Positions 29,147 to 39,935 of a DNA stretch of 64,000 nt are shown in pieces. Every line of letters starts with the position of its first letter. The stretch's first letter is position 1. The translations under genes and the position numbers were made by a program. Source of the DNA: a virus (lineage: Duplodnaviria > Caudoviricetes); IMG/VR virus record IMGVR_UViG_3300037467_003067, positions 160,001-224,000 of that record. The stretch is one strand, 5' to 3'. The notes under the pieces are model-generated. The model was not told the origin of the DNA and made no database searches. It was given only the letters and a program-made list of their open reading frames with translations.

Positions 29147-30787
29147 TTATTCCTTATTGACACTATTACTGTTGAATCTGGCGGTTGCGGCGGCAATCAA
29201 CCCGTCAAAGAGGGGAGCCGGGGTGCCAAGGCGAGACTTGAACTCGGGATGCGCCTGAGTCCCCACGAAATAAGGATGTAAATCCTTGCTCAATTCCATG
29301 ATCTCTACAAGCCCGCTTTCCGGATTTCTCCCCGAGGTATAAAGCCCGCTCTCAGCCAATTGGTTGGCATAAGTCGCATTGACCTCGTAGCGGTGGCGAT
29401 GTCTCTCGGTGATGTTCCGCTTCCTATAGACCTCATAAGCAAGCGTGTCCTTGGCGATTTCGCAGCTAAAACTCCCGAGTCGCATCGTTCCCGACTTCTT
29501 CTGCAGGTTTTCCTGTCCTTCCACGTAGTGGATCACCGGATGCGGCGTGTCGGCATTAAATTCGATACTATTCGCATTTTCAAGTCCGCATACGTTACGG
29601 GCATATTCAATGACCGCACACTGGAGACCTAGACAGATGCCCAGGAAGGGGATCTTATTCTCGCGACAATAGCGGATCGCTCGAATCTTGCCTTCGACCC
29701 CGCGAGAATCGAATCCGCCCGGCACGATAATCCCGTCGAGACCATCAAGCAACTTCCTGACCCCTCGAATGTCCTTGCAGTTCTCCAAGTCTTCCGCGTT
29801 GACCCAGCGGCGACGGACCCGGATGTTGTTCGCCAGACCTGCGTGGTAGAGCGCCTCCTTGAGACTGATATATGCCTCGTCGGCATTGGCATACTTGCCC
29901 ACGATGCCGATTTCGACCGAGTCCAACTCGTCGGCGTTGACGTACTTTTCAACCAGGTCCTTGTATTTATGGATTCGCACACCGTTCCGCTGGAAATGGA
30001 ATCGGTCACAGATCAGGTCGTCGATATTCCGCTGCCAGAACTCGATAGGGACCTGGTAGATGCTCTTGACGTCGGGAGCTTCGAACACGGCATTACTGGG
30101 CACATTAGTCATGCGGGCAATCTTCTCAAGAATCTTTGGAGGAAGAGTGGGATCGGCTGGGGTTCGACACAGGAGCATGTCAGCTTGGAGTCCAAAGCTC
30201 TGGAGTGTCTTCACGCTGTTCTGGAGTGGCTTGGTCTTGAACTCCTGGATTGTGGGAACCCAGAGAATCGGACTGATCAGGCATATAATGACATCATTAG
30301 GGTGTTCTTGTTTGAATTGCCTTACAGCTTCCAGGAAGCACGCGGATTCCATGTCTCCGACCGTGCCCCCGATCTCAACGAAAACGATGTCGTTACCCTC
30401 TCCTAGGTCATCAAGTCGCTTGATAACTTTCGATGTTAAGTGACCCATTTGGATAGTCTGTCCCAGATAAAGACCGGCTTCCTCTTCAGCAAGCAATTCT
30501 TTATAGAGAGTGCCGCCTGTGAGGATGTTCTTGGCACTAACTTCAATGCCCGTAATCCGTTCGTAGGTTCCTAGGTCTAAATCAGTCTCGCTGCCATCGT
30601 TACAAACGAAGCTTTCGCCATGTTGGTTTGGTGAAAGAGTTCCTGCATTTAGGTTCAAATAAGGATCGAGCTTAAAAACCTGGACTTTGAGTCCCCGCAT
30701 CTTCATCAGGAGTCCCATTGACGCAGAACTTACGCCTTTGCCTGTTCCGGAGAACACGCCCCCAAAGGTTACTACATACTTTGCCAT
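29147..30787 (-). CDS. pyrG: CTP synthase
   Basis: GGVFSGTGKG, KLDPYLN, ETDLDLG, EIGGTVGD, KTKPLQ, GICLG, ERHRHRYE, QAHPE. Confidence 0.97.
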   Translation of the reverse strand: MAKYVVTFGGVFSGTGKGVSSASMGLLMKMRGLKVQVFKLDPYLNLNAGTLSPNQHGESFVCNDGSETDLDLGTYERITGIEVSAKNILTGGTLYKELLAEEEAGLYLGQTIQMGHLTSKVIKRLDDLGEGNDIVFVEIGGTVGDMESACFLEAVRQFKQEHPNDVIICLISPILWVPTIQEFKTKPLQNSVKTLQSFGLQADMLLCRTPADPTLPPKILEKIARMTNVPSNAVFEAPDVKSIYQVPIEFWQRNIDDLICDRFHFQRNGVRIHKYKDLVEKYVNADELDSVEIGIVGKYANADEAYISLKEALYHAGLANNIRVRRRWVNAEDLENCKDIRGVRKLLDGLDGIIVPGGFDSRGVEGKIRAIRYCRENKIPFLGICLGLQCAVIEYARNVCGLENANSIEFNADTPHPVIHYVEGQENLQKKSGTMRLGSFSCEIAKDTLAYEVYRKRNITERHRHRYEVNATYANQLAESGLYTSGRNPESGLVEIMELSKDLHPYFVGTQAHPEFKSRLGTPAPLFDGLIAAATARFNSNSVNKE

Positions 30788-30836
30788 CAATCTCACTCCC
30801 ATCTATTATCTTCAATATTATTTTAGTGTTATAGAA

Positions 30837-30869
30837 AAACATCCCGAAGGGTTAAGCTTCGGGATGTTT
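30837..30869. terminator. Hairpin/terminator after RNR
   Basis: AAACATCCCGAAG...CTTCGGGATGTTT. Confidence 0.6.
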
Positions 30870-30887
30870 AAGATATTATACATAACG

Positions 30888-33104
30888 TCAGACCAGTTCG
30901 CAAGCGCCGCCAGCACACGCAATGGTGTCTCCAACCTTGGTGCCGTCTTCTTCCTCGTACATGGTCGAATAATCCACATCGACGTATTCCTGCTGGAGCT
31001 TGTTCCACTTACGTAGATAGTAAACATCTTTAAGTAAGTAACAAGTTTTTTTGAGGTCGCCGTTAAAGTGCCTATCGGCGAAATTGACCACTTCCTGGAC
31101 CCAATGACGCTGGCTCGCAACCTGGAAGAATTCGTCTTCATCCTTCGGTTCTTCCAGGGAATTGATCCCGAGTATCACGTCACAAGCTGTCCAGAGTGTG
31201 TGGAAATGCTTTGACAGCATCTCAATCAATTCGTCGGTCTCAGTCCAGACATTGCCGTATTCTTCGGTCAGTTCGTCCTCAAGCTTGACGGCGACCATGG
31301 GAGCCTGCGGGTAATCGCGGTCACCCGAAGACGGGAGCAGCGAGACCCCGGCGAAGTGTTCCCTGTTGTCATAGATGAACTCCGCAACCGCATCCCATTC
31401 GTCTGGTCGTACGTTGACCGTATTCGAGACGTTGTGATTCAACCAAGGCTCGACGCACCGTTCTTCAACCTTGCCGTACGTAACCCAATTCTGTTGGGTC
31501 AGCTTGACGTTTTCAAGCAAGGTGATCGCGTCGATGTCTTTCTTGGTCTTGGCGGTGGGTGGTGCCGTGATACAGAAAGCGAGAAGTTTATCAGTCTTGT
31601 TGGCACTCCATACACTGTCCTCGACAGCCATTGAATTGTGCATCGCAAAGTGCTGAAGCGGGGCTTCCAACTCATTGCCCTGCATATGACGGATATAGTT
31701 CATGGCATGGTGAGCATGGATTCCACTTGCCGTCATAAGCAGGCAAGAGGTTGTCCCAGCGGGCTTCAAGCAGGTACAACGAGCAGCCGGGTTGATTCCG
31801 ATCAACTCCGCAAGCCACGCATTGACCTCTACGACTAGAGCCGCCATTTCACGTTGGATCTCAGGATCGAGAATGATATGGGGATTGTCCATGACTCCCG
31901 TAATGCTAACGCCGAGCAACGCCTCGCGACGGAAAATCCGTTCGGTGATTTCTCCTAGATAAGGCATGTCCGTATAACCAGCCTGAAGGGTTCCAATGAT
32001 CGCCGCAGCTTTGGCGGCAATCCTGAAATCCTCGACCGTGTGAATCGCCCCACCGTTAATTTCACATAGGTTGCATCCTTGGAATCCCGTTAATCCGGTT
32101 TCCTCATCGATGCCCCTGAGGTTGACCTCGACGCAGGGATTGAACAGACTCTCGGGGTCGTCGGACCAAACGAATCCCGGTTCGCCGAATTCCTTGACCG
32201 ACTCCATGATCTTGTAAAAAGTCTCGCGGCTGGTCTGGTCTCGGATCAGAAGAACGGAGTTGTTGGAACGCGCCCGCTGGGGGTTCTCAGTGAACCAGTT
32301 GCCGGTCTTCGCTTTGAGCATCAACTCATCTTCGGGCGAGAACAGGCAGATGGTCGCACTACGTCGCACACCGCCGCTGAGGACGGCATCGCTGGCGTGC
32401 ATCAGGATATCGTAGCAATCGATGGGACGAAGTCGTGTGAAACCCTGGACGAAGATCCTCTCAAGAATCAATTTACGGATGATGTCCAAGGATCGTCGCA
32501 GCGGCTCCGGTCCAGGTGCCTTGCCGACGCCCGAAGCCAAAACCGACCCTTTTTCGCGGATCTGAGAGTAGTCGAAAACAACCTCGTATCCTTCCCATTC
32601 GGGAAACTCGGAATGGGGCATGAAGGACGCCAGGAGAACGCCGAGGGCATCGGACCAGCCTTCGATGGTATCGGGAATGACGTAAGTCTTCTTGCCTTTG
32701 GAAGCATAGGACTTCAAGCAGGACTTGTGGAAATCAGGTAACTTGGCAACGTGATGGAGTTGGACGGAGAATCCGACGCCGGAACCGCAAAGAAGGAGCC
32801 AGAATGCCTCTTGGAAGAACCGGACGCGGTCGCAATACGACGAGGTGCAGTTGAAGATTCTACTATTTTTCTTTTCAATTGGTTCGCCACCGAACTGGAG
32901 GGCGCGCTGTGATCCTAGGACTCGTTTTTGGATGACCTGTTCGAACGCCCATTCGATGTGTTCTCGGACCTGAGGATACCGTCTGATGTGCATGTCGCGA
33001 ACGCGATAAACCGCCTCTTCCCACGTCTCCCTTCTCTTTTTATCTTTTAAATATCTGGCATATTTACTGGTAAATGTATAATCTGACATCGCTTTTAACG
33101 ACAT
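30888..33104 (-). CDS. nrdJ: Ribonucleotide reductase, class II (monomeric, AdoCbl-dependent RTPR type)
   Basis: RRETWEE, FNC, GSGVGFS, GGVRRSA, NPCVE, CNL, KPAGT, C-terminal CAGGACE; no small subunit adjacent. Confidence 0.88.
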   Translation of the reverse strand: MSLKAMSDYTFTSKYARYLKDKKRRETWEEAVYRVRDMHIRRYPQVREHIEWAFEQVIQKRVLGSQRALQFGGEPIEKKNSRIFNCTSSYCDRVRFFQEAFWLLLCGSGVGFSVQLHHVAKLPDFHKSCLKSYASKGKKTYVIPDTIEGWSDALGVLLASFMPHSEFPEWEGYEVVFDYSQIREKGSVLASGVGKAPGPEPLRRSLDIIRKLILERIFVQGFTRLRPIDCYDILMHASDAVLSGGVRRSATICLFSPEDELMLKAKTGNWFTENPQRARSNNSVLLIRDQTSRETFYKIMESVKEFGEPGFVWSDDPESLFNPCVEVNLRGIDEETGLTGFQGCNLCEINGGAIHTVEDFRIAAKAAAIIGTLQAGYTDMPYLGEITERIFRREALLGVSITGVMDNPHIILDPEIQREMAALVVEVNAWLAELIGINPAARCTCLKPAGTTSCLLMTASGIHAHHAMNYIRHMQGNELEAPLQHFAMHNSMAVEDSVWSANKTDKLLAFCITAPPTAKTKKDIDAITLLENVKLTQQNWVTYGKVEERCVEPWLNHNVSNTVNVRPDEWDAVAEFIYDNREHFAGVSLLPSSGDRDYPQAPMVAVKLEDELTEEYGNVWTETDELIEMLSKHFHTLWTACDVILGINSLEEPKDEDEFFQVASQRHWVQEVVNFADRHFNGDLKKTCYLLKDVYYLRKWNKLQQEYVDVDYSTMYEEEDGTKVGDTIACAGGACELV

Positions 33105-33216
33105 ATTTTTCCTTCTTTTTTCCATTACATTTTTTAATTGATTGTATCTATTCCTGCCTTTACACAAGCAGGGATGGTACATATTCATTATCAATTTATT
33201 TTTACAAAATTAATAT

Positions 33217-33268
33217 CTATTAACGAAATAGAGAGGTCTACTAATAGACCTCTCTATTTCGTTAATAG
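33217..33268. repeat. Perfect 24-bp inverted repeat
   Basis: CTATTAACGAAATAGAGAGGTCTA-ctaa-TAGACCTCTCTATTTCGTTAATAG. Confidence 0.85.
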
Positions 33269-33286
33269 GAATTTTGAGGGACGTTC

Positions 33287-35293
33287 TCAAGCCGCGATCA
33301 TGCGTGTTATGCCATCTCGGCGTTCCAAATTGATGGTCTGGCATCCCTGCAAAAGATCCAGGAGTTCCGGATCATGCGTGGTCACGAACACCTGGCGATT
33401 CGTCGCCAATTCTTGAATCATATCGAATGCTGCGACCTTGCCGTTGGTGTCGATATTGGTGACCACTTCATCCAAGAATAGAACCGAAGGACAAGCCCCG
33501 CAATTGAGCATCTGGATATGGGCTGCCGAATGGATGACTGCCAGGTTCATTCTTCGTCGCTCGCCACCCGACATCATGGAATAGATGAAGGGGTCGTCGT
33601 CGAATGGAACCCGCTCGATCGTCGGCTCCAGCATGTTGTCGAATCGAAGCTTTAGATTACCATAAATCAGGATATCTAGCCAGTATTCAATTTGAGAATT
33701 TAAAGCCGGAATGATTCCATCAATTACGAATTTGCGAATACCATCATCGCCAAAAGCATTGACCCAGAATTTGAAATAGGGGATCATTTTTTCAGCCTTG
33801 GTGATCTCCTGCCGCTTTGCCTCAGCCAAGTCGTTCTTCTGATTTACCTCTTCAGACGCGGAGAGCAGGATCGCATCGAACGGAGAAGGACCATCCAACT
33901 CCTTCTTGCGATTCTCGGCTTCCTGCTTGAGATCAGCGATCCTCTGATTGATCAGCGCGAGATCTTTGTCAATGCTGGGCTTGTCGATCTTCTCCAAACC
34001 CGAGACCTCCATTTGATTCTTGGAGATCCTTGTGGATATCTCTAGGTTCTTTGACCCAGCCATCTGAATCATGCCATCGACTTCTTTGAGCTTGGCGGAT
34101 TTCTGTGTAATTTGCTCCTGTTTCTTCTTAAGATCAAGAGAGTATTGGGCGATGTCTTGTTCTTGCTTGAAAATATCTTGCCTAGTTTGTTCGATCACAT
34201 GGGCAGCATTTTTGGGGTCAATCGTTCCGAAACACTTGCTACAAGCAACCCCGGCTTCCAGATTGCCTAGATCCTGGATTTTATGTTCTAAATTAGAATT
34301 AGAAATTTTTAATTCGTTGATTTGTTGGTTAAGATAGTTGGCTTCCATCGTGAGCGTATTGACTTCCAGCCGGATCGAGTCCTTCTTGGTTTTGATCTCT
34401 TCGGTCATGCGAGAGATCCGCTCTTGATTCTCGCGATCTGCCAGGATTGTCCTGTTCAAGTTAGCGATGTTCTCTTGGGCTTGATTGTAGAAGACCAGGG
34501 CAGATCCGGTATCGGAGGATTCCAGGCGATGTTGTTCTTGCTGGATTCTCGCGAGCAAGGCATCGATCCGTTCTTGCTGGTTTTCTCGCCAGGACCGTTG
34601 CTGACCGCTGACCTGATGGACCCTTCGCTTGGCAATATCGAGTTCCAGGAGTAGGCGTTCGTATTCGGCTGACATTGCCTTGATGGACTTGTCGGCTTCC
34701 AGGCGAACAGCCTTGGCGACCTTGTTGTATTCACGATACTTCTCCAGAGAGAGGAGATTCTCGATGAAGACCCGCTTGGTGGGTCCGTCCATCTCCAACA
34801 CGGCGTGGTCATTGCGGTCGTCGAAAACCGCCACGCTCACGAAGGATTTGTGATTCATGCCGAGGATGGCTTCAATCTTCTTCTGAGTCTCGGGAGCGCC
34901 AGCACCGCACGTGATTTCCGTGGAATCGTCCCAGATCCCTTCCTCGCTCTCCCACAATTGGAGATGGTCGGGCTTGCGACACCTCACGACCCGGTATTTG
35001 TCCCAGATAATCTCCACCTTGAGCTTCTTCTTGATCTCCTTGTGGATCAAGGCACTGACGACCGTCTTGTCCCGAGTGATCTTGCCGAAGAGGGCGTAGC
35101 TGATAATGTCGAAAATCGAGCTCTTCCCAGATCCGTTGCTTCCCGGTTTACCGGTCACGGGATCGACATCGTGCCAGTTCTTGCCGTTGATCAAGACGAT
35201 GTTTCCCATCGTCTCCAGGTTGAGTTCGATACCTTCGGGACCAAAACACAGGAAGTTATAAGCTGCTATATACTTAAAATTTAAATTAAACAT
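33287..35293 (-). CDS. SbcC/Rad50/T4 gp46-like recombination ATPase
   Basis: SNGSGKS Walker A, coiled coil with CSKC hook, MSGGE signature, LFLDE Walker B. Confidence 0.95.
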   Translation of the reverse strand: MFNLNFKYIAAYNFLCFGPEGIELNLETMGNIVLINGKNWHDVDPVTGKPGSNGSGKSSIFDIISYALFGKITRDKTVVSALIHKEIKKKLKVEIIWDKYRVVRCRKPDHLQLWESEEGIWDDSTEITCGAGAPETQKKIEAILGMNHKSFVSVAVFDDRNDHAVLEMDGPTKRVFIENLLSLEKYREYNKVAKAVRLEADKSIKAMSAEYERLLLELDIAKRRVHQVSGQQRSWRENQQERIDALLARIQQEQHRLESSDTGSALVFYNQAQENIANLNRTILADRENQERISRMTEEIKTKKDSIRLEVNTLTMEANYLNQQINELKISNSNLEHKIQDLGNLEAGVACSKCFGTIDPKNAAHVIEQTRQDIFKQEQDIAQYSLDLKKKQEQITQKSAKLKEVDGMIQMAGSKNLEISTRISKNQMEVSGLEKIDKPSIDKDLALINQRIADLKQEAENRKKELDGPSPFDAILLSASEEVNQKNDLAEAKRQEITKAEKMIPYFKFWVNAFGDDGIRKFVIDGIIPALNSQIEYWLDILIYGNLKLRFDNMLEPTIERVPFDDDPFIYSMMSGGERRRMNLAVIHSAAHIQMLNCGACPSVLFLDEVVTNIDTNGKVAAFDMIQELATNRQVFVTTHDPELLDLLQGCQTINLERRDGITRMIAA

Positions 35294-35296
35294 TAA

Positions 35297-36142
35297 TTAG
35301 TCAATCCTAGGTATTCCATGATTCGTCAAGATCTCGCCGCGATATTCGGTGCGGTCCCATTGGTGGAAAAGAGACCAAGGGACATTGTCGCGATTGACAA
35401 GCTTGCCATTCTCCCAGCGATAAGCGGTTGATCCGCGTGCTACATGATTCTTGATCGTATTCCCCGTGACCGCATAAGGGATCTTGTTGGGATCAGCTAG
35501 GAAGTAAGATTTGCCGAGATCCTTGTATCTCGGGTGATGATAGAGAAAATTGATGTAGCACTGGTCGGTAGTTGGTGCATTGCCGACGGCGGTCATCATG
35601 TACATGAGGAACGCGAAATCTCGAACGTGATTTGATTTACCTAGAACGACCCCTCCATTAACTACTGACCAGTGGTCGAAGTCATAATGATCGACGCGGG
35701 CGATTTCCCTGAGTCGGTCTTGCTCGGTGCTGTTCCATTCGCATTCGAAATGACTCAATCCTTCATTGCAAAGAATGACATTATAACGATCTAATCCCCA
35801 AGATTCAATATGGGAAATCGGGTTATATTGCCATAATACATCTTTACTATCAGTGAAGATTACATGATCATGTTTATGTCCATAAAGCGTTAAGTAATCG
35901 TTGAGGCACTTCCATCTGTAGGTGAAGACATTGGCGCGGGTTGGTGTCGGATAAACGAAGATCTCGTAGCCCATTCGGCTGAAGGTGTCGAGTTCGTTTC
36001 GACCCATCTCCGAGGTTATGATGACTCGCTTACCGTCGCCGAAGACATCCCTGAGCGTATTGGCGTAGACCATCACCATGGGATTTCGGCAATAGGTCTC
36101 GCCCGAGAGATAGGTGATGGCTAAATTAGTCAACGGCGTCAT
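35297..36142 (-). CDS. Glycosyltransferase-like protein
   Basis: VIFTDSKDV, VNGGVVLG, TDQ, HQWDR. Confidence 0.65.
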   Translation of the reverse strand: MTPLTNLAITYLSGETYCRNPMVMVYANTLRDVFGDGKRVIITSEMGRNELDTFSRMGYEIFVYPTPTRANVFTYRWKCLNDYLTLYGHKHDHVIFTDSKDVLWQYNPISHIESWGLDRYNVILCNEGLSHFECEWNSTEQDRLREIARVDHYDFDHWSVVNGGVVLGKSNHVRDFAFLMYMMTAVGNAPTTDQCYINFLYHHPRYKDLGKSYFLADPNKIPYAVTGNTIKNHVARGSTAYRWENGKLVNRDNVPWSLFHQWDRTEYRGEILTNHGIPRID

Positions 36143-37322
36143 GGAATTTTTCCTGGTAGTTTGAGGCGAGCAATGCGGGATGGAGGGCATCCTTGGCGGC
36201 AACCATGGCGTCCTCGTTATTCGGATCGGTCTCGATGATCCTTCTGCCGATTTCTAGGAGTATGTTGAGGTCCAGTCCTTCCAATTCCTCTTGGGTACAT
36301 TCGGCGATGTAGCGTTCCAGCATCTTGTCCTGCGATTCCAGAAGAGACTTGGCATCCTTGATCGCCTTCTGGTCTTCGGTTGTATCCTTCTTGTCTCGAC
36401 CATGCTTGAACTGGAGACTCGCCACTTCGTGGTTATTGAGGATGTCGCGGCGGATCTCGATCATCTCGGTCTGGGATGCGGTGCTCGGCATCACGACGGT
36501 CACGAAGTGGTGGGCGAGGTCATGCTTGTTGAGTTGCTCGGGCTTGAGGATCAGGTGTTTCGGTGAGAAGTCATTGACGATGTACTTCTTCTCGAACGTA
36601 TCAAGGTCATGGAGGATGATATGTTTCTGGCAGAAAGCTTCGGAGTTGGTGAGTTCCAGGGGAGAGCCGATATACTCAATTTCCTTGTTCTTGCCTAGGA
36701 CTTGGCTGTCATGGTAGTGACCGAGATAGACTTGGGTCCAGCCCGCCATGAATTCCTGGTCGATCTTGACCATTTCTCCATCGTTCTCCACGACCACGTC
36801 TGCTTCGGTGAAGGCATTCAATTTTGCACCGTCGACCGCGAGGTGGGAACAAAGAAGTCGCTTATCGCCCTTCTTGCGGGGAGAAAGAGTTTTTAGGACC
36901 GAAATATCGTGGATGGGGTTTTCGGTGAATGGGAGGAAATCGATCATTTCGCCCTGGATGGACATCGAGCAGGGCTTGTCGATGATGTTGACACAGTCGA
37001 ATGCTCGCAGGAATGCCGGGGAATGGACATCCCATTTATCTCTGTGCCACATGTCGTGGTTGCCGAGGAGCAGGTAGAGTTGAAAAGAACAACCGCGACC
37101 GAAGTATTGTTCAAAGACTTCGAAGACACGGAAGAGGGTGAGGACTTCGATTTTGGTACGGTCGTGGAAGAGGTCTCCCAGGAACAGGACGCTCTCGACT
37201 TTATTCTCGATTGCGGTGTCGAAGACCCACTTGAGGACGTTGATGCAGTCTTGGAGTCGGTCGCTCGACCTTTTATGAGAATGAAGATGCAAGTCTGAAA
37301 AAAGTAATATGTTATTGGGCAT
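36126..37322 (-). CDS. SbcD/Mre11/T4 gp47-like nuclease
   Basis: SDLH, GDLFH, GNHD, GHYH, YIGSP. Confidence 0.95.
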   Translation of the reverse strand: MPNNILLFSDLHLHSHKRSSDRLQDCINVLKWVFDTAIENKVESVLFLGDLFHDRTKIEVLTLFRVFEVFEQYFGRGCSFQLYLLLGNHDMWHRDKWDVHSPAFLRAFDCVNIIDKPCSMSIQGEMIDFLPFTENPIHDISVLKTLSPRKKGDKRLLCSHLAVDGAKLNAFTEADVVVENDGEMVKIDQEFMAGWTQVYLGHYHDSQVLGKNKEIEYIGSPLELTNSEAFCQKHIILHDLDTFEKKYIVNDFSPKHLILKPEQLNKHDLAHHFVTVVMPSTASQTEMIEIRRDILNNHEVASLQFKHGRDKKDTTEDQKAIKDAKSLLESQDKMLERYIAECTQEELEGLDLNILLEIGRRIIETDPNNEDAMVAAKDALHPALLASNYQEKFHDAVD

Positions 37323-37437
37323 GTTTTCTTCTGCGTTAATCTCAAGACTTATGTTAGTTTGCTTAACTGCTCTTAGGTTAGAGCGGGCATTCTAACATAA
37401 TTCAAAGAATAAAGAAAGAGATTAACGCAAGAGAAAA

Positions 37438-37935
37438 TCACATTCCAGGGACAGGAGCGGGAGAACCACTTGGACCGCCTGCGGGCGGCTCGCCCATTCC
37501 AGCGGCAGGATCGGGACCACCGGGGGGCGGTCCACCAGCACCACCCATATCGGGCGGGGGCGTCGGAGGCGTAGCGGGCTTCTCAGGCTTTCGGTCGTCT
37601 TTGATGGGCTTGTGGTGGAGTATCTTCTCCAGGACATCCCAGACGTCGAAGCTTTTGAGTTTCATAGGTCCGGCAGGGGAACCGCCGGGAGGCGCACCAC
37701 CGGGTGGAGGACCGCCCATAGGGGGCATGCCTCCACCACCGCCGCCAATCATCGGAGGAGGGGGAGGGGGACCACCGACACCACCGAGAGGAGGACCGCC
37801 TGGTCCCCCTCCAAGACCACCAGGCAGCCCACCGGGTCCACCGGGAGGAGGACCGCCTGGTCCGCCCCCAGGAGGAGGTGGCGGGGCGTCTTCACTGAAG
37901 AGTTCGGTATATTTAATGTAATCACGGAATCGCAT
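37438..37935 (-). CDS. Pro/Gly-rich low-complexity protein
   Basis: MRFRDYIKYTE followed by PPPGG repeats flanking a short helix (FDVWDVLEKIL). Confidence 0.7.
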   Translation of the reverse strand: MRFRDYIKYTELFSEDAPPPPPGGGPGGPPPGGPGGLPGGLGGGPGGPPLGGVGGPPPPPPMIGGGGGGMPPMGGPPPGGAPPGGSPAGPMKLKSFDVWDVLEKILHHKPIKDDRKPEKPATPPTPPPDMGGAGGPPPGGPDPAAGMGEPPAGGPSGSPAPVPGM

Positions 37936-38083
37936 GTATTATTTAAGCCTCGACGATAGGAAAATTATTACGGAAGTCCATGTTATCAATTTTTTGGTTT
38001 ACAGCCGCACAGTTTCACGTTAAGATTAGAGAGCGATGTGGTTTGGAATTTTCGATGCTAAAACCCACGGGAGATTGTAGCAG

Positions 38084-39928
38084 ATGCGGAAATTTTGCTT
38101 GCTGTTAGGTTTGTTGGTTTTGACAGCCGGTGCTACTCACCCGCCTGTCAGTTCGGTTCGGCCCAAGCCGTCCGATTCCATCGATTTTCCCACGCTCATC
38201 TGGGGCGGGGACGTGGCGACACTCGCGGCGAACGGGGGACAGCAGACCACCCCGTCATCCTTCTGGGGTAAGGCGGGCGTCAAGGTCCGGTTAGTCCCCG
38301 GCGACGACTTCGACCAGCAGGTCAAGCGGTATCTCATAGGCGAGACACCGTTCCTGCGGGGTGAACTCGGTATGCTCGGGGCAAGGTCTGAGTTGCTCAA
38401 TGCCTCGCCTGCGACCAAACCAGTGATCCTCTATCTGATGACGTACTCGGCAGGCGGGGACTGCTTGGTCGCAGTCGATCCGATCCGCAACGTCAACGAT
38501 CTCAAGGCGGTCGACGGCAAGAAGAAACGGGTCGCCCTCCAGAAAAACGGTCCGCACATGAACTTATTCAACATCATCCTCACGAACGCTCACATGACGT
38601 GGGATGATGTTGAGGTGGTCTGGTGTAAGGACCTGACGGGTGATCCTGCCAAGGGCGACCATCCTGGTGCCAGGCTCCGACGAGGCGAAGCCGATGCCTG
38701 CTTCGTCATCAGTCCTGACATGATCGGTCTCACGACCGGACCCGGCAAGGTGGGCAACGGCAAGGAAGGGACGGTCAAGGGTGCTCGCGACATCCTCGAT
38801 ACCAAAACGTTGTCCCGTGGCGTCATGGACGTGTTCGCGGTTCGCAAGGACTTCTACGACGAGAACACCGACTACTGCAAGAAGATCACAGCCGGGTTCA
38901 TGCGAGGGACCTATGACCTCATGTCGGGGCAGGTCGACTATGACGCCAAGAAGAAGACCCCGGCAGCCAAGGCATACATCGATAACCTGACCCTTGCCAG
39001 GAAGTATTTCGGCGACGTGGTGATCCCGAACGTCGAGATCGAGGGCGTGGGCATGGTCCACGACGCCGAGTTCCAGGGCATTCCCGGCAACATCGCCTTC
39101 TTCCACGACAAGGGCAACCTGAACAACTTCGAGCGGATGCAGACGGAAGTCCTCAATCTCGCCAACACGCTCAAGTTCGCGACCAAGCGTTCCGGGTTCT
39201 TGCCGTCGCCGTGGGACTGGAAGGAGATCGCGAGCGTAGCAGGCGTCAAATATGACGAACCCAATCTGTCCAAACCGCGAATCGCCGAGAACATCGACCT
39301 GCTTCCCGGCGACGAATCGAAGTATAGTTTCACCGTCAACTTCGGCGTAGACCAGGACACTTTCAACGCCGACACCTACGGCAATGTCCTGGACGACTGT
39401 ATCAAGCTCGCGGCGAGCTATCGCAACGGCGTGGTCTTGGTTCGGGGACACACCGATATCTCGAAGACCTTGTTTGATCTCGTGGTCGTATTGCGAGAGA
39501 ATGGCGTCCTCAAGGAAAGCGGCAACGGCACAAACAAGCAATACTTCCTCAACGGCGAGCCGCTCAACCTCGGCAACACTGCCGCGATCACCAAGTTGAT
39601 CTCGGAAAGTACGTTTGAGGGCTTCCCGAGACAGGTCAACATCCGGGGCAAGCAGGTCCAGGTGGACAATCCCAAGGATGACGTGAGTGCGATGGACACG
39701 CTTTCGCGGCGACGTGCAGAGGCGTTTCGTGCTGCCGTGATCCAGCGTGCCAAGGACACCAAGGTCAATCTCGACGCCAGTCAGATTCAGATCACGGGGG
39801 TCGGGATTCGCGAACCGTTGGTCTCGCGACCGAGGAATCCGCAGCAGGCGATGCAGAACATGCGGGTCGAAATCCAGGTACGTGAGGTCGGGGGCGAAGC
39901 CCTCAGCCCCGAACTGTTCAATCCGTGA
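38084..39928 (+). CDS. Periplasmic substrate-binding (SsuA/NMT1-like) + OmpA C-terminal fusion
   Basis: Signal peptide; YSAGGD; VRGHTD...LSRRRAEA...NMRVEI OmpA motifs. Confidence 0.8.
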   Translation: MRKFCLLLGLLVLTAGATHPPVSSVRPKPSDSIDFPTLIWGGDVATLAANGGQQTTPSSFWGKAGVKVRLVPGDDFDQQVKRYLIGETPFLRGELGMLGARSELLNASPATKPVILYLMTYSAGGDCLVAVDPIRNVNDLKAVDGKKKRVALQKNGPHMNLFNIILTNAHMTWDDVEVVWCKDLTGDPAKGDHPGARLRRGEADACFVISPDMIGLTTGPGKVGNGKEGTVKGARDILDTKTLSRGVMDVFAVRKDFYDENTDYCKKITAGFMRGTYDLMSGQVDYDAKKKTPAAKAYIDNLTLARKYFGDVVIPNVEIEGVGMVHDAEFQGIPGNIAFFHDKGNLNNFERMQTEVLNLANTLKFATKRSGFLPSPWDWKEIASVAGVKYDEPNLSKPRIAENIDLLPGDESKYSFTVNFGVDQDTFNADTYGNVLDDCIKLAASYRNGVVLVRGHTDISKTLFDLVVVLRENGVLKESGNGTNKQYFLNGEPLNLGNTAAITKLISESTFEGFPRQVNIRGKQVQVDNPKDDVSAMDTLSRRRAEAFRAAVIQRAKDTKVNLDASQIQITGVGIREPLVSRPRNPQQAMQNMRVEIQVREVGGEALSPELFNP

Positions 39929-39935
39929 GAAAACC

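Noticed and set aside
30888-33104. Class I NrdA assignment
   Set aside because: No ATP cone or adjacent NrdB; motifs fit monomeric class II, though this is not confirmed by search
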